DNA of 59,932 nt from Alphaproteobacteria bacterium (lineage in GTDB: Bacteria; Pseudomonadota; Alphaproteobacteria; Micropepsales; Micropepsaceae), in assembly GCA_040382295.1 (NCBI GenBank), contig JBEIFU010000001.1:1-59932 (forward strand). Direction: 5' to 3'. A program made the translations under genes and the position numbers. Shown here in pieces: positions 24,701-33,700 of the stretch. Positions within the stretch are counted from its first letter, which is position 1. Each line of letters begins with the position of its first letter. Below the pieces are notes generated by a model. It had not been told where the DNA came from, ran no database searches, and saw nothing but the letters and a program-made list of their open reading frames with translations.

Positions 24701-27700
24701 AAGCGGCCGATCGGCCACCCTCAATGTTTCCGCCGGTCTGGAAGCCTTCTATGTTTTGAACGGAGTGCTGCAGCTCATGCAGGATCACATCCCTGATCTC
24801 GTCTGCGGTCAGAGATGGGTTGAGGGTAATCCTTGCGCGATTGAGTGGGGTAGCCTTGTAGAACGCGCCCCGTGTTGGCCCCTTCAATCTTCGATCGAGG
24901 GCAACATCTATCGTTTTAGCCCCAAGAATTGGGAAGGCATCATATAGCTCCGGATGGTCAAGGATGTCCTCGAGCTTTGCCATGTAATCGGTGTTTACCG
25001 CCCACGGGTCAGCTTGGAAGTTTCCTCGCAATTCAAGCATGGCATCCGGCTTGATGGCAGAGCCAATATCGTTGATCTCAAACCGCCACTTCCCATCAGC
25101 GCCCTTGAACCATCCGGTCTTGGCGATGATCTCGTCACGGGTCGCGCCGTTCTTCTCCATCTTCTTCGCGTCTGCGAGCATGATCTTGCGACCACCCTCG
25201 CCCGCCTTATCAAGGTTTCTCGATGCCCTCTCTCCCGCAAACATATACCGAACGCCGCCAGCCGTTTCGGCGGTCATCTGTTGGCCACGCCGCCCCACCG
25301 CCCCAGCGTTGATCTTGGAGAGAACCGATTCCGCGGTGGTGAAGCCCTCGCCGCGCAGCGCCGACCGGAACGCCTCGATCAGCGACATGATGCGCTCGAA
25401 CGCCGACCGGACAAACCCGGTCTGCTTTTGCCCCGCGACCCACCGCGCAAATCCCTCCGCAATGACCTCCTCGAGGATCTGTTCCTCGGTCAGCCCCATC
25501 CCGCCATATTCTCGACGCTGTTCCGCAAGCAGATCTGTCTGCCCCAAGGCCCACCTCTCAAGGGCATCCCACTCAGCCTTGCGGAATAGACCATAGGGAG
25601 ATCCGCTCCAAAGCCGAGATGACCGCAGCGCATGGATGACCTCATGCCGCAGGGTGCCAATGGCCGACGGGTTGACGCCGCTGGTCTCGGTGTCCAGCGC
25701 CACGGTGATCATGCCGCTAAAGAACGCCCCATCAGCCTCTATGGTGGTGCCGTCCCCCAGAACGCCAAACAGCTTCTCGACCACATCCACGTCAATATCG
25801 GGCAGGCCCAGCTTGGAAGCCTCTTTCTTGAGGTTCAGCGCGATCGAGCGGGCCTTGATCTTGTCAAACGGGGTGGCGGGCCGCTCCACCTCCAAACCTC
25901 CGCCCAACTGCTCGCGCTGTGCGCGCTTGGAGAGATTGGTGGCTGTGTCGGTCGGACCTTTTGCTTTGGAGAACCGCGCCCGCTCCTGGCCGTCCCGCGA
26001 CGGGATGTCGGGCAGGGTCTCGCCGGTGATGGCGCGCGCCTCGTTCTTGTCGACGTTGGTCTCGTATTCCGTTCCCAGGTTGTCGGCATAGATCTTCAAG
26101 ACCCGCTCAAGATCGGCCCGGCTCATGTCCTTGCGCCAGATCTTGTCTTGGCGCTTCATGAAGTCGCCCACCAGCGCGATGACAGCGCGGTTTTTCACAT
26201 ACTTGTTGCCGCCCTTCGCGGTCACAATCACCGCAAACTGACCGCTCTGCATGAACGACACGCGCAGGATATTGTCCTCGTCCGTGACGACGCGGCTTCC
26301 CGGGTTTCCCTGCAGGAACTCCGTGACCATGCTGATCTCCGGGAACCTGACCGGCTGATCTGCCATCGCGCGGGCGGCATCAAAATTCGCAGGCAGGAGG
26401 ACACCCTGTTTCAGGTTGCCATCGCTGTCCGTGTAGTAGGTGATCAACCCTCTCTCGAGCTGCGCGAACCCGGCCGGGATGTTGCCGGTGATCATCTGGC
26501 GCGTCTCGCGGCTCTCCGTTTGACCCAGATCAAACTGCCGCATGATCTGGGATTGGGTGAACGCCGGAGACGGGTTCCACCTGTAGTCAGGCATATCACC
26601 CATGAGCCGCGACAGCGGGACGCGGATCTCCTTGGCGGCGTCCGCCACCGCAATCCGAACGGTCATCGCTGATGCGGCCGTCGGGCGCCGGCTGGCCTTG
26701 GTGATGTCGACACCGAGAGCCACAGCCGAATAGGTGGTTGCCTCGTCGGCGGAGACCTGCACCGTGATACTGCCGTGCCGTCCGGGGCGCAGATCGCCAA
26801 GCATCCGCGTGATGTCCATGAGCCGCTGCTGTTGAGCCCCGATGTCCGCAATGGTGCGGTTGATCGCGTCTTGGGCTTTGTCCTTCTGCTTGTCGGTCTC
26901 AGCCTTCTCAAGGCGCTCCTCTTGAGCCGCCAGCCGGTCCCTCAGAACCTGCTCTTGAGCTGGCATCGCATCCCGCAGCGTCTTGGTCTGTTCGGTCACG
27001 AACGCATCCGCGCTCTTGCCATCCAGCGCGCGGGCAACCTCCTCGTTGACCTGCTCGGCCGTGTAAGAGCGGCCAATCTTCTTCACGTCGACCGTCTCGA
27101 TGAAGGCCGCGCGTCCGAACGGGCTGGTTTCATCGCTGGCCGGGACCAGCTCGGTCTGGTTGATCGTCTTGGCGTCCAGCTCGAGCACCTTGGCCTCGAG
27201 CGCGTTCATGCCCATGCGATCGAGGTTGTCGATCATGTCCTTATAGGAGGTCTCGATCTCGTCGTAGATCTCATCCACCAGATCAGGCGGGAACGACACC
27301 AAGCGCCCGGTGAACTTCGAGGCAATATCGGTGTTATTGTCGCCCGGCCAGATGTCGACCATGGCCGAATAGACCGGGTTCTCCCGCAGGAAGTTGGCAA
27401 CGACGATGTCGCCGTACTGGTTGATGAAGTCGGTCACGTTGTCGAGCGAGACCGCGCCCTTCTTGGATGCGGTAGTATTTGCATTGAGCGAAGCCATCTT
27501 GCGCATGAGCACAGCCGCCGGTCGCTTCTCCACAGACAGATCCGAGATGCCGATGGTAAAACCTGGGAGCTGTGTCTGCCCCGTGCGATGGATCCGGCCC
27601 AGCATCTGCATGAAAAGGTCGATGTTCGGTTCGGCCTGCAGGATGATCATATGGCGCGGCTTGCCATCGTTCCCCGGCTTGTTGGTCGCATGCATGCTGA

Positions 27701-30700
27701 ACCCGGTCGAGCCGGAGCGGTTGATGACCAGCGCATCCAGAGCCCCGGAGTTATAATCATTCATCACGCGCTTCTTGCCAGCCCCGGAGGACTCGCGCTT
27801 GGTGATAATCCCGTCCTCGATGATCATGGATCGCCCGGTGATCTCACCAACATTGATCCCGGCCGCGCGCAGGCCATCCATGATCGCATCAATCGGTGAC
27901 CCCGCCAGACCGCCCAGATCCGCATTCAGGACGAACTGCCGAGCTTCCTCGAATGCGTCAAGCGCCTGCTGGCCGCCGTGCTCAATGATGTCGTCATCGG
28001 TGAGGTAGATGTATTCCTTGGTGTCCTTGTCGATCTTCCTGGTCACTCGCCGCAACCGCCGAAGGTATCGTTCCAGAATGACGTTGAACGGGAGATCGAA
28101 CTTCTCTCCGACCCGCGCACCGACGGCCGCCATGTGCTCGGTCATGATTGACGCATTGGTGTTGGACAGGGCGATGATCGGCTTCTTCCCGTCACGGAAC
28201 AGAGCGATGGCCTCCTCGATGGCCGATGGAACCTTGATGGCCAGGAGGAACTGCGCGGCGACGTTGTGCATGACGCTCGCGAAGCCCTGTGATTTCAGTC
28301 CAGATGAGCCGGTTGACAGGTCATCGGCCATGGCCTCCGCTTCCTGTTTCATACCGTCGATGAACGACTTGCGAACATCCTCCATGACATCAATGTCAAG
28401 ATTCAGGATTGCGCGCAGCACCCCAGCCCCGCGTTCAGCCAAGGCCCTATCCGTGATGTAGATCTCGGGATCCATCTTGATCCCGTCATATGAACGCTCG
28501 CGCCGCGCATACTGGCCCGAGTCCACAAGCATGTTGGAGATGACTTGCTGCAGCGGGACCCCGCCCTTCACAATCATGTCGGCCAGATCGTCAATGCTTC
28601 CGACGCTCAGCGCCAGATCGGTCGCGCTGTAGAGGGACATGACATAGGGGTTCTTGGCATAGGTCGCGCTCGAGTAGACGACGCCTTGGGCTCCTTGCAG
28701 AAGCTCCCGGATGAAAGCCGAGCGCGGAACCTTGTCGTCGTCGGCCCGATCGTTCGGCCGCCCGCCGCCTGCCTCGTGGCTCTCATCCAGAACGAACATG
28801 GCGTTGCCAGCGACAGCCCGCATGGCATTCATGCGCTCCGTGTCGCGGCCCTTGACCTGCTGCATCTGGCTATAGGTCGTGAACAGCATCTTCTGGCCAT
28901 CAGGAAGGCGGCCCGTGGCCTGCATTGTGGTCATCGCCTTGCCCAGAGGCTTGGCCGTCATGGAATAGAGCTTGTCTTCCGGCTCAGACGAGAGCGGGAC
29001 AGCGTCCTTGCCGCGCAGATCCGGGTTAGTGACCATGACGCTCTCATGGATCTTCGGCATGCCGATGTCGCGCATGTCGCGGATCATGTCCGAATAGAGC
29101 GCCGAGTCCTTGGTGATGAAAACCGGGGTCAGGCCCTTGAGCATCGCATAGCGCAGCATCGCTGCCACGAACCGGCCTTTGCCCACGCCGGTCTGGTCCC
29201 CGATGATGAAACCTTTCCCCTTGGAGACGTTGTCGATCGCCAGCGCCAAGGCGTCCACCTGTTCTGCGGAGAAGTAGCCACCCACGGCCTGATCGGCGGA
29301 CCCAAGAAGCTCATCGAGCGTATATCCGAGCTCCTTTGCCACAAAGGCGTCAATGTCGCCCACGCGCGCCTCGAGCGCATCAAGGGCGCGGGACATGGCG
29401 GCCTGCATATTGCGCGGGACAAGGGTGCCAACGGCGAATGTCGCCTTGGAGCGCGGCTCGTATTGAACCTGAAAGACTGTTTCGACCTCGAGGTTTTGCC
29501 GGTCTAGGTCAGGCCGTGGTACACCCGACCCAGGAACTCGATCAGCCTCTCCGGTTCCGGGTTCGGTCCCACCTCCAGATCCATCCTCTTGTCCGGTTTG
29601 ATCTGGTCGGGCTGGATCGGCCACATCTGGCTGAACACTCCCGCTCGTTCCTGCAGGGTCTCGGACTCCTCCGACATCAGCTCCCCCACCTGTTCCAGCC
29701 ACCGGGCTGCGGACAGGCCGTCCACCCGCTCCACCGTCTGGGCGAGAAGCTGTGCCGCCGTCGCCGGCCCCGCCTCCCGGACCATCCGATTGATCTTGGC
29801 CGCGAGGGCCAGCCGGTAGTTTTCCAGCGTTAGCGGTCTGACCGGGCGCGGTATCTCCACCGTCCCGATCCCCTGCATCGACCCTTCTGGGGTCCAGCGT
29901 ATTTTTTCCATCAAGTCGCTCTCCCAACTCTTGCCACGTCGTATAGATAGGGGGCGGAACCTTCGTTGGATAGGGTTTTGTTGCGTTTTTTCCCTTCCCC
30001 GCGATAACGATCACATCCACGGGCCAGCCAGCCCCCTGCCGCTCATACAGACGGCCGTCGACCGTGAAGTGCTCAGAGACCCAATACCCGTCATAGAGCT
30101 GCTTGTAGAAGCGCCGGGTCATCTCGCCCTGGTATGCCTTCTTACGGGCGTCGATGTCGGTTTCCTTCTTGCCTCCGATGATCAGCACGGCCATGCCGTT
30201 TTCAGGCAAGCCCTCGAGTCCCTTCATGACGATCGCATGGTCAATCTCGGTGGTGGTGCCGTCCCCCATGGTGAAGGTCTGCACGATTCCGGTGTCGCTC
30301 CGCACCTTGCCAAACGGCGGGTTGGTCAAGAGCAGGCTGTAGGATCCCGGCTCATGCGTCATCGCATCGCCCTCGGTGATCTTCGCCTTGTCGCCCAGGA
30401 CGCGGCGCAAGCCCTCGACCCGCTCCGCCTGCATCTCGTTGGCGATGACCTTGGCCGGGTTGGCTTCCATCAGAAGCATCCCGTTCCCGGCCGTGGGCTC
30501 ATATGTGGTCTTGTTGGGGCCAGCCTTGCCCAGCCGCGATGCCAGATAGGCCAGCGGCGCCGGGGTCGAATAAGCCTGCATGAGCATGCTGGTCGATGTG
30601 CGCTGGGCGAGTTTCGGCTGGGACTCGTACAGATCCATCATATCGCTGTAGATCTCGGCCTCAGACTGGCCAGCCTCGTTGCCCTCGGCCACCAGCTCGC

Positions 30701-33700
30701 GCGCCCGCAGCACCACGGCAACCTCGATCGCCTCCTCGAGATCCTTCGCCATGTCGGGGCTGTAGGCGGTCCCGGTCAGGTCCTTCACAAGGGCCCGCGC
30801 CTCCACGATCGTCTTGAACCCAACCCCCTTGCGAAACTCAGCCAAGAAACCATCGGTGATCGCCGCCCGCCACGCTTCCGGCGTCATCGGTTCGGGCTCA
30901 GGCTCCGGTTCGGGATCCGGCTCAGGCTGTGCCTCGGCCGCCTCCTTCTCCTCGCGGATCAGGCGGGCCATCTCCTGCATGACGGCGCGGTCATCGTCCA
31001 TGTCGGCAATGGACTCGCCCTGAACCTCCATCTCGCCACGGATCGAGTTGTAGGAGTCGCGCAGCATCCGAGAAAGCTCTGCGAGCGGACGCTTCAACTT
31101 GTCCGCAATGGAGATCGCATATTCGCGGAACCGGCGAAGGCCGCCCTCGACGTATAGCTCTCCCAAGCGAACCGTCAGCATGAAGATCTTTGGGTCGAGG
31201 CCAGCATTGAGTTGCGTCCGCAGCGCCTCATCAATCTGCGCGGCCAAGTCATCAGCCTCCGCCTGCTTCTCCGGGCTCAGGAGTGGTTGCTTGACGGCAG
31301 GCTTGGCGGCCGGGCGTGGCGCTGCCGGGCGCTGGGCTGGCGCAGGAGCGGGCTTCTCCGCCTTGGGTGGTGTCGGTGCGGGCGCGGGCGCCTCGGGCGG
31401 CTGTGGGGCCGGCGCGGGCGGCGTTACGGGCTCGGTGCCGGTTTCTTCTGGCGCAGTTTCAGGTCCAGCTTGCGGGCGGCCGCCATCATTTCCCGGTCGT
31501 TGTGCCGCTTGCCCACCTTGAGCATTGCCCGGGCGGCCGCCCCCTGCGCCGCCGCCGAAGAGACTTGGGGCTGCGGCTTCTTCGTCTGCGGTGATTTCAT
31601 TCACGATCTCCTGTGGTGTCCGGATTGGTTTTGGCTCGACCCCAGGCAGGTTGCCTTGGTCAATGCGTTCCTTCATGGCCTCGTCGACATATGCCTCGAG
31701 GAACTCCTGCATCCGACCCTTGCTGACCATGCGCGTGCCGGCCGGGTTGAAAAAGGCGTCCTGAACCAGCTCCGCGATCGGGTCAAGCGGAGTGGCGAAG
31801 GCGTCGATCTGCGCGCGGGCCCCTTTCAGATCCTCGTCACGGGTCCGGAAGTCAGCAATGTTCTGCGCCGCGCTGATGATCTGCGGCGTGATGTCCATTG
31901 AAGGATCCACCTCGCCTGCCTCGATTGCTGCCTTGAGCTGGACGACGCGACCAGCGGCTTCCGTCATGGCGCCGGTGATTGACTTGATGTCGTCGTTCAG
32001 GGACTCCGACATGCGCGACAAGAGCTTTTCGTCACCATAAGCCCGGTAAAACAGCGCAGTCTGGAAGCGCCGCTGGCCCTCGACAGTCAAGCCGCCCTCT
32101 TTGGTGACCAGCGCACCTTGCGCGGTCTGGGGCAGTTTCCCGATGAAGGCGCGGATCATGTCGCGGTTGCTCGTGCTGGACATGCCGCCGCCACGGTAAA
32201 GGTCGATCACGCTGCGGTCGATCAGGCTCGCGTCGGACCGCGCGTTCTCGGATGCGGACATGGCCAAGGTTGCCGGCGTGTTGGACGCGGTGGTGAAGTT
32301 GCTCGCAACGTCGGTGACCCGGCGACGGATGATGACCGGGTTCTTCATCCCAGCCGCTTCCGGATACCGCTCCTGCACATAGGCCCGGTATTCCTCAGCC
32401 GTGCCGCGCTCGTAGGCCCGGCGCAAGCCGATGACCCGGCCATTGCCGGATTCAATCACGCGGCCGTCCATGCCGGTGATCGGGGATCCACGGTCGGTTT
32501 CGGGAGACTGGTCGAGGCGGCGCGGGTTGGGCTGGTTGGCGATTCTCTCGATCTGGGCTTGAGACGCGGCGCGGTCGCGGTCGCGCGGCTGCAGCTCCGG
32601 CGGATAGCCTTCCTGATCGGACGTGAGAAGGCTGTCTGCCTCGACCACCATCGTCTCAACGTCGACGGGGTCATTGTCAGGCGTGTCGATCGTGGTGACG
32701 CGATCCGGGTTGACCGGGCGGCTCTCTTGCGCTGGTGCTGTTACCGGGGCCTCGGCCGGGGCAGTCGTGGTGGTCGTTCCTGTGGTCGGCGCTTCTGGCG
32801 CACTTGGCGTCTCCGCTGCAGGGGTTTCAGGGGCAGGCCCACCGGCCGGGCCATAGAGGACATCGAGATCAACGGCGCCGGTCGGGACGTTGACGGGGGC
32901 GGGCGCTTCAACTGTCTGCGCAGCCGTGCCCAGCCCTGACTTGGGCGGCAGGGGTTGCCCGGACTCGATCGCATCGAGCGCCGCCAAGCCGGTCTCCATC
33001 ACATCGTTCGGGACTACAGGATTGGCCTGTTCCTCTGGCGTCAGGCGGGGGCCGCCTGCAGGGCCGCCGCCAAGGCGATCCTGATTGCGACGATCCCTCT
33101 CGCCAGCATAGACCGCGTTGCCCCATTCGATCGGCGCAGTTATGGCTTCTGCCAGCGCCTCCATGATGACCTCGCGCGGGCTGAACTCTTGCCCCGTCAC
33201 AACCCTCGCCGCTGCTTCGCCGCCGCCTCCGGTCAGGGCCTGAACGAACGTGTTGAAAACAGCATCGCCAAGCTCTGACTTGAACAGCGCACGGGCGGCG
33301 ACCCCTTGCCCCAAAGCCTCCGCCGCTGAAATCACGAGGCTTCTCAAGAGCCCTCTGCGATTTGCATCAGCAATCAATTCCGGGTTTTCGAGTGCAGCCC
33401 TCGCATCCGCAGGGGTTTCGAGGCTGACGTTGTTCTCCTGCAGCATCTCGTTGAACGAGGACCCGTATTCCTGGGCCATTGATCCGGCTGTAAGCGCGGC
33501 CACCCCTGCCGCCGGACTTCTTGTGGCGACTGTGACTGCGGTCGTTGCGGCCAGAACCGGAAGGGATTCTGCCGCGACTTCCGACATGAAGATGGTGAAA
33601 TCAAGTGGGTTGGCCGCGATCGTGCTGAGCGTAGCACCCCAAGTGTCGTCATCCTCCGCGAACAGGCGCTGCAACCTCTGGCCTGCAGGGGAGAACGGAA

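Noticed and set aside
31099-31901. Plus-strand ORFs (140-229 aa) lie opposite the Pro/Ala-rich linker of the giant gene.
   Set aside because: They are Ala/Gly/Arg/Ser low-complexity mirror images of the minus-strand PAPAP repeats. The giant-gene frame shows normal GGC/GCC/CCG codon usage here.
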